Below, one piece after another: positions 28,004 through 37,940 of a DNA stretch of 64,000 nucleotides (positions are counted from its first letter, which is position 1; each line of letters begins with the position of its first letter). Source of the DNA: Bryobacterales bacterium (GTDB taxonomy: Bacteria; Acidobacteriota; Terriglobia; Bryobacterales; UBA6623); assembly GCA_965248105.1 (NCBI GenBank), contig CBDFIK010000005.1, positions 120,232 to 184,231 on the forward strand. The letters are read 5' to 3'. A program made the translations under genes and the position numbers. The notes under the pieces were generated by a model. That model saw only the letters and a list, made by a program, of their open reading frames with translations, made no database searches and was not told the DNA's origin.

Positions 28004-29478
28004 GAATGGCCGTGAACCGCCCCCGGAACAACCCCCACCAGGCGAGGACGCGCGGGATGAGCCGCCGCGAAATACTGGAGCGCTGCTCGCTCGGTTTCGG
28101 CATGGTCGCCCTGGCCGGCGTGCTGGCGGACGACGATGCCTATGCGGGCGCGACGGACTCCCCGGACAGCCCCCTGGCCTCGCAGGTCCCCCACTTCGCG
28201 CCGAAGGTAAAGCACGTCATCCTTTGTTACATGGCCGGAGGTGTTTCCCAGGTTGACTCCTTCGATCCCAAGCCCAGGCTGACGAAAGAACATGGCCAAC
28301 CGCCGCCCATGAAGGTCGAGAAGACCATGTTCAACCAAAACGGTACACTGCTAAAAAGCCCCTGGGAGTTCAAAAGTTACGGCGAAAGCGGCATCCCGAT
28401 AAGCGATCTGTTTCCTCACATCGGATCGTGTGCGGACGAGTTGGCGGTGATTCGTTCGATGACGGCCAAGTTCACCGCGCACGCCCAGGCGAACGTTTTC
28501 TTCCACACCGGCCAACCCTTCAACGGCTTTCCCAGCCTCGGCGCTTGGACGACGTACGGATTGGGGAGCGAAACTAGGGAACTGCCCGGATACGTTGTCC
28601 TTGGCGGGGGCGGAATTCCCGTCGGGGGAATCAACATGTTTGGGAACGGCTTTCTCCCCGCCGTGCACCAAGGATCTCTCATCTACCCAGGCCGGTCAGA
28701 GCCGCTGAATAACATCCGTCCGAAGGAACCGGATTCGATTCAGCGCCGGCGCCTGAGCTTCATCGACGACATCGACCGCGGCTTTCTTGAAGCGGTCGAT
28801 CATCACGCTCCGGTGGAGGCGGCCATCCGGAATTACGAAACGGCCTATCGGATGCAGGCGGCCGTTCCCGAATTGGTTGACCTAAGCGGGGAGACTGAGG
28901 CCACGAAAAAGCTCTATGGCCTCGATAGCGACATCCCCCAAAAACAACAGTATGCCCAGCAATGTTTGCTGGCCCGGCGGCTGGTCGAAAGAGGTGTACG
29001 TTTCGTCGAGCTGACCGTGCGGCACACCAAAGACGTGGCGATGAACGTCGGCAGTCCTTGGGATCAGCACAGCAAGCTCAAAGAAGGGCATGAAGTCAAC
29101 GCCTTTCAGGTCGATCAGCCGATTGCAGGTCTCATCAAGGATCTCAAGGCGCGCGGGTTGCTCGACGAGACATTGATCATCTGGTCGGGCGAGTTCGGCC
29201 GAACCCCGTTTGTGCAGCGCATCGACGGACGCGACCATAACCCATTCGGCTTCAGCATGTGGCTGGCCGGGGGTGGAATCAAGGGCGGCACGATTTACGG
29301 TGCGACCGACGAGTATGGCTATCACGCGGTCGAGAACATCCTCACTCTCCACGACCTGCACGCGACCGTCCTGCATCTGCTGGGGCTCGACCACGAGCGG
29401 TTGACCTACCACTTCGGCGGCCGCGACTTCCGCCTGACGGACGTGCACGGGAAAGTTATCCAAGGGGTTTTAGCGTAA
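28000..29478 (+). CDS. DUF1501 domain protein (sulfatase-like fold) with a Tat signal
   Basis: MSRREILERCSLGFGMVALAGVLA (probable true start at 28057). It is the canonical partner of DUF1549/DUF1553 proteins, and its ORF overlaps the stop of the upstream gene. Confidence 0.9.
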   Translation: MRMAVNRPRNNPHQARTRGMSRREILERCSLGFGMVALAGVLADDDAYAGATDSPDSPLASQVPHFAPKVKHVILCYMAGGVSQVDSFDPKPRLTKEHGQPPPMKVEKTMFNQNGTLLKSPWEFKSYGESGIPISDLFPHIGSCADELAVIRSMTAKFTAHAQANVFFHTGQPFNGFPSLGAWTTYGLGSETRELPGYVVLGGGGIPVGGINMFGNGFLPAVHQGSLIYPGRSEPLNNIRPKEPDSIQRRRLSFIDDIDRGFLEAVDHHAPVEAAIRNYETAYRMQAAVPELVDLSGETEATKKLYGLDSDIPQKQQYAQQCLLARRLVERGVRFVELTVRHTKDVAMNVGSPWDQHSKLKEGHEVNAFQVDQPIAGLIKDLKARGLLDETLIIWSGEFGRTPFVQRIDGRDHNPFGFSMWLAGGGIKGGTIYGATDEYGYHAVENILTLHDLHATVLHLLGLDHERLTYHFGGRDFRLTDVHGKVIQGVLA

Positions 29479-29519
29479 CTTCTGTTCTCGGGAAACCGAA
29501 AAGGGGCAAGCCGGGACAC

Positions 29520-29542
29520 GTGGCGCGACATGTCGCGCCCAC
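29520..29542. repeat. REP-like palindrome (type B)
   Basis: GTGGCGCGACATGTCGCGCCCAC. Confidence 0.8.
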
Positions 29543-29559
29543 AGCCGCACGCGGAAGGG

Positions 29560-29860
29560 TGCGGTCAAGGCAGTACGTTGCAGTACGCTTGCGGCGCCTA
29601 CGTGAGGAGCTTGCGCCGCCAGCAAGCGATCCCCAGCATGAGTCGGCCGGCGAACCCCTACGACAATGCCAGTTGTGAGAGCTTCATCAAGACGCTCAAG
29701 CGGGAGGAGATCTACGCCAACGATTATCAGGATCTCGACCACCTGCGCGCGAACATCGAGGACTTCATCGAGCGCTACTACAACCGCTGCCGTCTGCATT
29801 CGGCGCTGGGCTATCGGCCCCCCGAGGAGTTCGAGCGGGCCGCCGAGACGAAGGCAGCTT
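29560..29860 (+). pseudogene. IS3-family transposase remnant (C-terminal rve fragment only)
   Basis: ..QYACGAYVRSLRRQQAIPSMSRPANPYDNASCESFIKTLKREEIYANDYQDLDHLRANIEDFIERYYNRCRLHSALGYRPPEEFE matches the end of the IS3 OrfB integrase core. No OrfA and no N-terminal two-thirds of OrfB are present. Confidence 0.75.
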
Positions 29861-30299
29861 GCGCCGGAGCGACGATGAGTTTTTTTAGGCAGCAGGAGAT
29901 CTATCGATCCGATGGGAAGGGGTTGCTGAACGAGAAGCCGACCGCAGCCGGCTCCCCGGACCATCGTTTCGATGAGTCTCCGGCCAGCTATTCCTCGGCG
30001 GGTTGGTCTCCACCAGAGCCCGCCTCCGCTTCACCAGCCGAGGACCATGCTAGAACAGAAGAGGCTATGGGGAGAAGGAAAAACCATTGAACGGCGAGTG
30101 TCGCTATCACGACTGTCTCAGCGGAGGGGTTCACCCCACAGTGGTGTCGCCATTCCTGGCGACATCGAGCTCGTGTGCCCGGCCCCCTCCCCGGACGAAA
30201 AGAGATTTCTCACCGCCCAGCGGGCTGGGCCGCCGTTTGGCCCAGACCTGCGGCCTTTTCTCACCGTAAAACCGGGGACAGTTTGCTACTTCGATGGCG

Positions 30300-30452
30300 T
30301 GGGATGTTCATCGCCCAACGGAGACACTTGACACGCGCGCTATCCTCAGGAGGGAGGGCCCCCAGCGACCGGCATCACGGTCGAAGAACGACAAAAAAAA
30401 AAGCGAAACAAAGCCAATTTCGCATAGCCCACTTGTAATCAATGGCTTGCGG
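30300..30452 (-). repeat. F3 dispersed repeat (core + tail part)
   Basis: The reverse complement reads CCATTGATTACAAGTGGGCTATGCGAAATTGGCTTTGTTTCGC...GTGATGCCGGTCGC...GAGGATAGCGCGCGTGTCAAGTGTCTCCGTTGGGCGATGAAC, which aligns with 60066-60198 and 37828-37940. Confidence 0.75.
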
Positions 30453-30576
30453 CGAAGTCCTAGGCCCCCGCGCGTCCGGCCGAGGGGGATCATACGCGAT
30501 GCGCTTTTCGCTTACCACCGAAAAGCGTTGTCGAAAAACGCGGCCAGTAGTTCGTCGCCTGGAGTAGACACAAGAG

Positions 30577-31077
30577 ATGAAGGTGCAAAACCAACCCGTA
30601 TTCTTGCTGGCTTTGGTGACTCTTCTGGCGCAACTCCCTATTTACGGTCAGTCATCGCTCTCGTCCGCGCCGCCTGAGCCACCTAAGGCGGACGTACCCT
30701 ACCTGGTCCACGCTAACAACCTGATAGAGACCGAACAGTCGCAGGCCGTCAAGCAGAGCAGCAAGAAAGAACAGACCTACTACGTTCCCGGCGCTACCTC
30801 CGGAGTCCAGACGCCGATGGCGGGCCCGGAGTTCTTGCTGAAAGTGGAGAATCTCGACCCTGATCGGCTGCAGCTCCATCGCTTCGAGTCGCGTAACGGC
30901 CGGCGCGAAATTCTGATTCGCAAGAAGAAAAAGATCGTTGCCAAACCCTACTACACCTCGACAACAAGGGTCGCCCCCGGCGTCTTCCGAATCCGGACCG
31001 ACCAGTTCCTGGAAAACGGTGAGTACTGCCTGACTCCGAGCGGATCCGACGCGGTGTTTTGTTTCACGGTGCATTAG
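30577..31077 (+). CDS. secreted hypothetical protein
   Basis: 166 aa with the signal peptide MKVQNQPVFLLALVTLLAQLPIYGQ. No recognised domain. Confidence 0.6.
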   Translation: MKVQNQPVFLLALVTLLAQLPIYGQSSLSSAPPEPPKADVPYLVHANNLIETEQSQAVKQSSKKEQTYYVPGATSGVQTPMAGPEFLLKVENLDPDRLQLHRFESRNGRREILIRKKKKIVAKPYYTSTTRVAPGVFRIRTDQFLENGEYCLTPSGSDAVFCFTVH

Positions 31078-31233
31078 GCCGCTCGGCCCCACCGAGAATT
31101 CGCCTTACGAGTCAGGGGCAGTTCCGACTTCGCAACATGGCCCGTCACGAATCCTTTCCGTCCCAACAGTAAGCGGGTAGGATAGAATCCAAGTTTCCAC
31201 GGCAATTTCGTTTTTGACGTAAGGAGTCTCCCT

Positions 31234-31620
31234 ATGCTCGAAAGAATCACAGCACCCGGCGGGCCCGTGCCCCTGGGTCCCTACTCTCATGCCGTCAGAG
31301 CAGGTGATCTCGTGTTTGTCTCCGGACAAGCCGCTCTGAACCCCGAAACAAATCAGCTCGAGGCCGGCGCGGCGGCCGCCCAGACCCGTCGCGTGCTCGA
31401 GAATATCCGCACGATCCTCCAAGCAGCCGGGGCGGACCTGAGCGATGTCGTCAAGTGCTGTGTTTTTCTGGCCGACATCCAAGAATTCTCGGAAATGAAC
31501 CAAGTGTATGCAGAGTGCTTCGGCGAGTCGAAGCCCGCGCGTACGACGGCTGAAGTGGGACTGCCTCACAAAGACATGAAGGTCCTCATCGACTGTGTCG
31601 CCTATAAGCCGGTGTCGTGA
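31234..31620 (+). CDS. ridA: RidA/YjgF family reactive-intermediate deaminase
   Basis: 128 aa. GPYSHAVRAGDLVFVSGQ...ARTTAEVGLP... is typical of the YjgF/L-PSP family. Confidence 0.9.
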   Translation: MLERITAPGGPVPLGPYSHAVRAGDLVFVSGQAALNPETNQLEAGAAAAQTRRVLENIRTILQAAGADLSDVVKCCVFLADIQEFSEMNQVYAECFGESKPARTTAEVGLPHKDMKVLIDCVAYKPVS

Positions 31621-31760
31621 ATCCTCCCGGGGACGTTGTTCACCCTTCCCCCACCGCATTGCCGCTAGAATGTTAGAAATACTTGCCTCCTCGGACGCTG
31701 AGGTGTCTGCCGGCTGCGTGTGAGGAACGCGAACAGGCCGATTCATGGGCCGCTATCACG

Positions 31761-32270
31761 ATGCAGAAGCGAAACAACAAGTTTCGAGACATCGAAGGCG
31801 AGCTCAGCGGGCGCGGACTTCGCTTCGGCCTGGTCGTCAGCCGCTTCAACAGCTTCATTACCGAGCGGCTCTTAGGCGGCGCCATGAATGCCCTTGAGCG
31901 AACAGGCGCCGGCGCGGACTCCATCGACGTCGTTCGTGTTCCTGGCTCGCTGGAAATACCCGTCGCGGCGCGGGAGATGGGCCGCAGCGGCCGCTACGAC
32001 GCCATCATCTGCCTGGGAGCGGTTATCCGAGGCGAGACGGCTCACTTTGACTACGTCGCCGCGGAAGCCGCTCGGGGCATCGCGGACGTGGGGCGTGAGA
32101 CGGGCGTACCTACCATCTTCGGCGTCTTGACCTGCGACACACTCGAACAGGCCATTGACCGGGCCGGCGTCAAGGGCGGCAATAAAGGCTTCGAGGCGGG
32201 CATGGCGGCTCTCGAGATGGCGACATTGATGAAGGAGTTGCGCGATACCGCGCCCCCCGCCGACGACTAG
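31761..32270 (+). CDS. ribH: 6,7-dimethyl-8-ribityllumazine synthase
   Basis: [38 protein letters not shown]... followed by nusB, a conserved pair. ATG at 31761 was chosen over the upstream ORF start at 31683. Confidence 0.9.
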   Translation: MQKRNNKFRDIEGELSGRGLRFGLVVSRFNSFITERLLGGAMNALERTGAGADSIDVVRVPGSLEIPVAAREMGRSGRYDAIICLGAVIRGETAHFDYVAAEAARGIADVGRETGVPTIFGVLTCDTLEQAIDRAGVKGGNKGFEAGMAALEMATLMKELRDTAPPADD

Positions 32271-32271
32271 C

Positions 32272-32706
32272 ATGCCCTCGCGACATCGCTCTCGAGAAAG
32301 AGCCTTACAGTTGGTCTTTCAATGGGACCTCAACCGGGCCTCGACCGAACAAGTCAAGCAAGGCTATTGGGAAAGTCTTTCTCCGGACAACCCGCCGGAA
32401 GGCGACCCCTTCGCCGAGCAGCTTTTCCAGGGCGTCACCGCGCGGGTTGACGAGATCGACTCACTGATCTGCGGGAATTCCTCGAACTGGAAACTCGAGC
32501 GCATGTCCACAGTCGATCGCAACATCCTTAGGACAGCCATTTTTGAGATGCTGGAGGAAACTGCCGCCCCGGCAGTGATCATCAACGAAGCCATCGAGAT
32601 CGCACGGCGTTTTTCCGGAGACGAGTCCGGCCCTTTCATCAACGGCATCCTGGATGCCGTTCGGCGGGCTTTGGTAACCGCCAAGGCCCCGTCAGGGGAG
32701 GGTTAA
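32272..32706 (+). CDS. nusB: transcription antitermination factor NusB
   Basis: 144 aa. SRERALQLVFQWDL... and the ribH-nusB synteny. Confidence 0.9.
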   Translation: MPSRHRSRERALQLVFQWDLNRASTEQVKQGYWESLSPDNPPEGDPFAEQLFQGVTARVDEIDSLICGNSSNWKLERMSTVDRNILRTAIFEMLEETAAPAVIINEAIEIARRFSGDESGPFINGILDAVRRALVTAKAPSGEG

Positions 32707-32926
32707 CTGGCTTCTTGTCCCGAGTGCCCGCCGGATCCGCAGCTTTTGCTTTTATGACGCACGCTCTCAGCGTGCCGAGTCGAGACTCTCTCCCGAAAAT
32801 AGCCTCTAAATGTAAAGTGGCTAACAGTTGAGCGGCGTTTTCATCGACCGTTGTGCGCCGCAGGCGCATGCTTATTCATCTCGACGCCTGACCTCGCTCA
32901 CGCGGATGGTTGCGACGAGCGAATCG

Positions 32927-32990
32927 GAGCCGCGAGCGCAAGCGAGCGGTCATGGGTTCCCCGCTTCCCAAGGGGATGCAACCCGTGGGG
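32927..32990 (+). repeat. F4-related repeat (25-nt GAGCCGCGA..GAGCGGTC motif plus hairpin)
   Basis: GAGCCGCGAGCGCAAGCGAGCGGTC followed by CCCCGCTTCCCAAGGGGATGCAACCCGTGGGG. It lies in a convergent intergenic region. Confidence 0.6.
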
Positions 32991-33007
32991 TTTTCGACCG
33001 AACGAGC

Positions 33008-33307
33008 CTACTGGACGGCGCCCACTTGCGCTGCGTTGGGGTCAAGTTTGATCTCTCCGAAAGCGCTCTCGTACTGGGCGATGTTTTGGTGTAAGACACC
33101 GAGCAAGGCTTTAGCTTGTTGCGGGCTGAGATAGATCCCCTGAAAGCTCTTAATCTCGACTTCTTCTTGGGTCTTTTGGTGGATCGTGCCGAACTGCAAA
33201 AAGAAGTCCCAGACGTTCACCCGGATCTGGACGCTGTTGGAGTAGCTTTCGCGGTAGTCCGGTCCACTGGTCAGATTCACTTTCGGTTGTTTTGGCTGCT
33301 CGTTCAT
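33008..33307 (-). CDS. DUF3467 domain protein
   Basis: 99 aa. ..YSNSVQIRVNVWDFFLQFG.. is the family pattern as I recall it. Confidence 0.75.
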   Translation of the reverse strand: MNEQPKQPKVNLTSGPDYRESYSNSVQIRVNVWDFFLQFGTIHQKTQEEVEIKSFQGIYLSPQQAKALLGVLHQNIAQYESAFGEIKLDPNAAQVGAVQ

Positions 33308-33529
33308 GGCTATTCATGCTGACGCAGGTCGAGGGGCGGCGTCAACGGTCAGAGAAACGAGGACTCATGGGCATCGCCTCACTTTCCACCCAAAGCGCCG
33401 CCTACCCGGCTGTTGGCTGGCCGTAGGCCCACCCCACGTCCACGTTGGCAGAGTCCTGCTGTCTTCCTAGGCGGACCGCAAGCCTTCGCCGGCCGGCCCC
33501 CGCGCCGGCGAGTCTACAATAGGGCTTCC

Positions 33530-33695
33530 GTGGCTGACTAGCCAAGGGTTGTACCCTTGATATTCCAGACCGTCGAGCACCGAGCCGCGACGGTGACGGA
33601 GCGGTCCAGAGATGACACCGCTCGGCAGGGGTGAATTCGCGTGTACCTCAACGCCACCACGTGAAACGAGAACGAAATTCTCGTTCCGACGCGCA
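33530..33695 (-). repeat. F4 structured repeat element, copy A
   Basis: Read on the minus strand: hairpin GGAACGAGAATTTCGTTCTCGTT, then GCCGAGCGGTGTCATCTCTGGACCGCTCCGTCACCGTCGCGGCTC, then hairpin CAAGGGTACAACCCTTGGCTAGT. It aligns with 53689-53948. Confidence 0.75.
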
Positions 33696-33711
33696 TGAGC
33701 GGCTCACCAGC

Positions 33712-35628
33712 ATGCCGACATCAGATAGCCCGCCTCACCAACCTACAGTCGAACTTTCCTGGCGAGCGGTCATTCTCGGCCTCATCATCGGGCTGGTGAT
33801 GACGGCTGCCAATACCTACCTTGGCCTCTACGCCGGCATGACCGTGTCAGCGAGCATCCCGGCGGCGATCGTCTCCATGGGAGTTCTCCGCGCCCTCCTG
33901 CGCCGGGGCACGATCCTCGAGAACAACATCGTGCAAACCATGGCCTCGGCCGGAGAGTCCGTGGCCGCGGGCATCATCTTCACGGTACCGGCACTTGTGA
34001 TCGCTCAGGTGTGGACGGGCTTCCCCTATTGGGAGGTCACCATGATCGGCCTACTCGGAGGCGTCCTGGGCGTCTTATTCATGATCCCGCTGCGAAGAAC
34101 GTTGATCGTCGAGGACAAGGAGTTGATCTACCCCGAGGGCGTCGCTTGCGCCCAGGTTCTCGAAGCGGGCCAGAAAGGCGGCCGGTCGTTGAGGGACATC
34201 GTGGCGGCCGTCGTGGGAGGGGCGCTGTTCAAGTCCTTTATCGGAGTGGTCGGCTTATTGCGCGGAGTCGTGGAGGGAGCTCTCCGCGTAGGCGGAACTC
34301 TCTTCTACTTCGGTACGGACATCTCCGTGGCCCTGCTCGGCGTCGGCGTCATCGTCGGACTGGAAGTTGCCGCGCTCGTTTTCATGGGAGGGGCGGTCGG
34401 CTGGGTAGTTTCGATCCCGCTTTACTACCTCTCGAATCCCGTCCCTGAAGGACATGCCCTTGACGCCGCGTGGGACGCTTGGAGCGGGCACATCCGCTAC
34501 ATGGGTGTGGGAGCGATGATCGTCGGCGGCCTGTGGTCCATGTTCAGCGTGCGGCAAGGAATCGCCAAAGGAATCCGGGAAGCGGTTCAAGGCTTCGGCA
34601 GGCGAGCGGGCGCCCCGAAACAACGCACCGAAGAGGATCTCCCCACCTCCCGTACGTTTGTCATTTTGGTGTTGGCCGTGATCGCGACAATCATTCTCTA
34701 CCGGGCCATCACGGGATCCATTGGTGTCGCAATCACGGCAGGCGTGGTGATGGTCATCGCCTCGTTCTTCTTCGTTGCCGTCTCGAGCTACATCGTTGGA
34801 CTCGTGGGCAGCTCCAATAACCCGATTTCGGGCATGACCATCTGCGCGCTGATCTTTGCCTCCGTCGTCTTGCTGCTCCTGGGTATGAGCGGGACGGTGG
34901 GGATCGTAGGAGCGCTGGGCGTCGCCGGCGTCGTCTGTTGTGCGGCTGCCACCGCCGGCGATACCTCGCAGGACCTAAAAACCGGTTTCCTCGTCAAGGC
35001 AACTCCCTGGAAGCAGCAAGTTGCGCAATTCATCGGCATCTTGATTCCCGCCTTTATCATTGCGCCCGTTTTATCCCTGCTTCACGAAGGCTACGGCATC
35101 GGCACCGGCGGCGAACAGGCCTTGAGAGCACCCCAGGCAACCCTATTCGCTAGCATCGCTAAAGCCCTGTTCGAAGGCACGGGACTGCCGTGGACCATGG
35201 TCAGCATCGGCGTGGGCGTCGCTGTGGGACTGATCGTCCTCGACGAGTCACTAAAGAGAGCCGGTCGTCGCTTCCGGACCCATGTCATGCCGGTGGCCGT
35301 TGGTATCTATCTGCCGTTGAGCTTGTCCGTGCCGATTTTCGCGGGGGGACTGCTAAGCTACCTCTTGCTTAGAACAAGGTCAAGCGTAAGAAGGGCCGCC
35401 GCGGAGGCTCGCCGCCACACCGCCGTTCTGATCAGTTCCGGGCTTATCGCCGGCGAGGCGATCGCCGGCATCCTCATCGCGGTCCCGCGCACGGCGGGAG
35501 TGGAACTGCCGATACCGGTGATCGACAGTGCTTTATTCACGCTCGCCGCGTTCGGAGCCGTGGTAGCCCTCATCTACTACGCGTCCGTACGCGAGAGCGG
35601 CGCCACGGCCGGTGAACACGCCGCGTAG
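33712..35628 (+). CDS. OPT-family oligopeptide transporter
   Basis: Polytopic membrane protein. The N-terminus ..LSWRAVILGLIIGLVMTAANTYLGLYAGMTVSASIPAA.. is typical of the OPT superfamily. The ATG at 33712 is preferred over the ORF start at 33631. Confidence 0.85.
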   Translation: MPTSDSPPHQPTVELSWRAVILGLIIGLVMTAANTYLGLYAGMTVSASIPAAIVSMGVLRALLRRGTILENNIVQTMASAGESVAAGIIFTVPALVIAQVWTGFPYWEVTMIGLLGGVLGVLFMIPLRRTLIVEDKELIYPEGVACAQVLEAGQKGGRSLRDIVAAVVGGALFKSFIGVVGLLRGVVEGALRVGGTLFYFGTDISVALLGVGVIVGLEVAALVFMGGAVGWVVSIPLYYLSNPVPEGHALDAAWDAWSGHIRYMGVGAMIVGGLWSMFSVRQGIAKGIREAVQGFGRRAGAPKQRTEEDLPTSRTFVILVLAVIATIILYRAITGSIGVAITAGVVMVIASFFFVAVSSYIVGLVGSSNNPISGMTICALIFASVVLLLLGMSGTVGIVGALGVAGVVCCAAATAGDTSQDLKTGFLVKATPWKQQVAQFIGILIPAFIIAPVLSLLHEGYGIGTGGEQALRAPQATLFASIAKALFEGTGLPWTMVSIGVGVAVGLIVLDESLKRAGRRFRTHVMPVAVGIYLPLSLSVPIFAGGLLSYLLLRTRSSVRRAAAEARRHTAVLISSGLIAGEAIAGILIAVPRTAGVELPIPVIDSALFTLAAFGAVVALIYYASVRESGATAGEHAA

Positions 35629-35658
35629 AGACCCCTGGCGGCCCATCGTTATCCCGGT

Positions 35659-35667
35659 TGCTACAAT
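35659..35667 (+). promoter_or_regulatory. candidate extended -10 promoter element for rnpB (TGcTACAAT)
   Basis: TGCTACAAT ends 7 nt before the predicted RNase P RNA 5' end. No convincing -35 element was found. Confidence 0.4.
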
Positions 35668-35673
35668 CATCGT

Positions 35674-36094
35674 TGGGCCTGTCGGACGGGCAGTCGCCGC
35701 GCCTTTTTCAGGCGGGGAGGAAAGTCCGGTCTCCGCAGGGCAGCGTGCCGGCTAACGGCCGGGGGGCCACTCTCAAAGGGTGGCCCACGGAAAGTGCCAC
35801 AGAAAACATACCGCCCCGGGGTTTCCTCGGGGTAAGGGTGAAAAGGTGCGGTAAGAGCGCACCGCGTCTCGAGCAATCGCGACGGCAGGGCAAACCCCAC
35901 GCGGAGCAAGACCAAATAGGGGACCAGCGGTGGCCCGCCGCACCAACGGCGGTCGGCTTGCCCTTCGGGGTCGAGCCGGCAGCTGAAGTCCCGGGTAGGT
36001 CGCTTGAGTCCGGCAGCGATGCTCGACCTAGACGAATGGCTGCCGCCCGGGCTCAGCCCGGGTACAGAAACCGGCTTATAGTTCGACAGGCCTC
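35674..36094 (+). ncRNA. rnpB: RNase P RNA, bacterial type A
   Basis: Universal blocks are present: GAGGAAAGTCCGG, ACAGAAAACATACCGCC, GGTAAGGGTGAAAAGGTGCGGTAAGAGCGCACCG, AGCAAGACCAAATAGGG and ACAGAAACCGGCTTAT. P1 pairing is GGCCTGTCG / CGACAGGCC. The ends are accurate to about 5 nt. Confidence 0.92.
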
Positions 36095-36254
36095 TCGCCC
36101 TCATGTTGCTTCGCCGAATCCACGCTATGGACGACCATCGCTCGGGAAGGGTGATTGTCACTGCCACGACCCCGACGGTTGTGGCGTGTTCGACACGCCG
36201 GCTGCGGTATGACAGCAACGCATTCTCCCAGAAACAACCTCGCGGGTGCTTATT

Positions 36255-36350
36255 GAGGCTCGCGAAATACAGTGACTTTGGAACCCGGGCACAGCATGCT
36301 GTGCCCCTACAGTCTGAACACGAGCCATGTCACCATAATTTGCGAGGCTC
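36255..36350 (+). repeat. MITE-like ~95-bp element with terminal inverted repeats and a REP core
   Basis: GAGGCTCGCGAAATACAGTGAC...GGGCACAGCATGCTGTGCCC...GTCACCATAATTTGCGAGGCTC. A second copy lies inverted at 47174-47266. Confidence 0.8.
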
Positions 36351-36383
36351 GGTAGGAAGCCGCCTTCCCGGGGGTGCCGCACT

Positions 36384-37586
36384 GTGAGGCGAGCGTCCGC
36401 TCTTTCCGTTGTCCTTTTGCTCGCGGCGCTGTCCGCGTGGGGCGCCGACGAAGCTGCTCGGTCCGCCGAATATCTGCTTCGCCAAACAGAGACGACGTAC
36501 AACAGCCTCACCAGCTTCCACTTCGCCGCCAAGGAAGTGACCGAAACGCGATCCGGAGGCGCACAGCGCCGGACTTCCGCTCACTACGTAACCGCCCTTG
36601 ACGCCAAGGGACGTTCGCGAGTCGAGATCCGTGACGAATCGAGAAACGGTCTGGCCGTCTTTGACGGTCACAGCAACTGGGTCTATTTGCCCGGCATCAA
36701 ACAGTACACGCGGCAATCTCCGGGCTCGATCCCCGGGTCCCCATCGGCGCCGCGCATCTTCGACGGGGTGAACTTCACGAGGTACGTCGAACGCTATCCG
36801 GCGCGCTACCAGGCCCTCTCCCGCAACCTGGTTAGCGCAACCATCTTGCGCCGCGAGGCGTTGGACGGGGAAGCTCGGGCAGGCACTTACGCTGTAGTCG
36901 AAGCCCGGTACAAACTGCCCTCGGGCACCCCTGTGGGCCAATCAAAACGAACTTTCTGGATCGATGAGAAAGGCTTTCTGATCGCTCGCGAGGTTTCTCG
37001 TGCCACCGCCAAACCGCCGGGCCTCGAACACCCAGTCGAGATCATCCAAACCATCTCGTTTGCTACCGCTCAGGCCAACGAAGAATCGCCGGACTCGCTC
37101 TTTGTTTTCGTTCCGCCTGAGGACGCCGAGCAGGTGGATACCTTCAATCGTCTGGCACGGCGTTCCGCCAAGTTTCTCGGGCGGCGTGCGCAGGACTTTA
37201 ACCTCCACGATCTGAAAGGAAGAACATTCCGCCTCCGAGACCTGCGTGGCAAGATCGTCTTGTTAGACTTCTGGGCCAGCTGGTGCACGCCCTGCCGCAT
37301 CGACCTTCCCCATATCGAGGCTTTGTACAAAGAGTACGCTCGGGAGGAACTCGTGGTGCTCGGCGTCAATGGCGAGTCAGAAACAGCGGCTCGGTCGTTT
37401 ATGGAACAGCAGGGCTACAGCTTCCCATCCTTGGTTGACGAGGGTTACGAGGTTTCCCGCCAGTATCAGGCCACGTCCTTCCCGACCGTCGTGATTGTGG
37501 ACGAGGAAGGCAATATCGCCGCCTATCTAGTCGGCCTGCAGAGCGAAAGCGCTTTGCGCCGGGCGCTCGCCAAGGCAGGCCTCTAG
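36384..37586 (+). CDS. TlpA-like thiol:disulfide oxidoreductase with an N-terminal LolA-like/unknown domain
   Basis: 400 aa with a signal peptide and the thioredoxin motif FWASWCTPC in the C-terminal redoxin domain. Confidence 0.8.
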   Translation: MRRASALSVVLLLAALSAWGADEAARSAEYLLRQTETTYNSLTSFHFAAKEVTETRSGGAQRRTSAHYVTALDAKGRSRVEIRDESRNGLAVFDGHSNWVYLPGIKQYTRQSPGSIPGSPSAPRIFDGVNFTRYVERYPARYQALSRNLVSATILRREALDGEARAGTYAVVEARYKLPSGTPVGQSKRTFWIDEKGFLIAREVSRATAKPPGLEHPVEIIQTISFATAQANEESPDSLFVFVPPEDAEQVDTFNRLARRSAKFLGRRAQDFNLHDLKGRTFRLRDLRGKIVLLDFWASWCTPCRIDLPHIEALYKEYAREELVVLGVNGESETAARSFMEQQGYSFPSLVDEGYEVSRQYQATSFPTVVIVDEEGNIAAYLVGLQSESALRRALAKAGL

Positions 37587-37605
37587 TAGACGACATGGGT
37601 TCCGT

Positions 37606-37940
37606 AACCCATTGATTGCAAGCTGGTTGCGCGAAATTGGGTTTGTTTGGTCATTTCTCTGCTCCCATTGCTGCGCTCCAGTGGTTCGGTGCTCCGATAG
37701 TTCGTTGCCCCGTTTCTGTTCCTCGGTACCACCCGGTCTGAGTTCGATGTCTCCTCGTATCCCCGTGAAGCGATCGGTCAGGTCTCGCTGAGTCGGACCG
37801 TCCAGCCGCACCGGAAACCAATCGCAACCCATTGATTGCAAGCTGGTTGTGCGAAATTGGGTTTGTTTGGTCATTTTTCTCGCTCGTCGAAGGTCGTGCC
37901 GGTCTCCGCAGTCTCCCCCCTTCAGAATCGCGAGCTAAGT
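37606..37940 (+). repeat. F3 dispersed repeat, full copy (core - ~190 bp - core - tail)
   Basis: The core CCCATTGATTGCAAGCTGGTTG(C/T)GCGAAATTGGGTTTGTTTGGTCATTT occurs at 37608-37657 and 37828-37877. The whole unit aligns with 59868-60200. Confidence 0.8.

Noticed and set aside
31621-31760. A possible FMN riboswitch upstream of ribH
   Set aside because: None of the conserved FMN-element blocks could be found by eye. ribH here follows ridA at a short distance.
35658-36218. Two long overlapping ORFs (184 aa plus strand, 183 aa minus strand)
   Set aside because: They lie exactly on the RNase P RNA gene. All conserved rnpB blocks are present, so these are high-GC shadow ORFs.
37606-37880. A direct repeat of a ~50-nt core spaced ~220 bp apart, considered as a possible CRISPR or tandem array
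   Set aside because: There are only two copies. The 'spacer' is itself homologous to the 59.9-kb locus, and there are no cas genes. It is the internal duplication of the F3 dispersed repeat.
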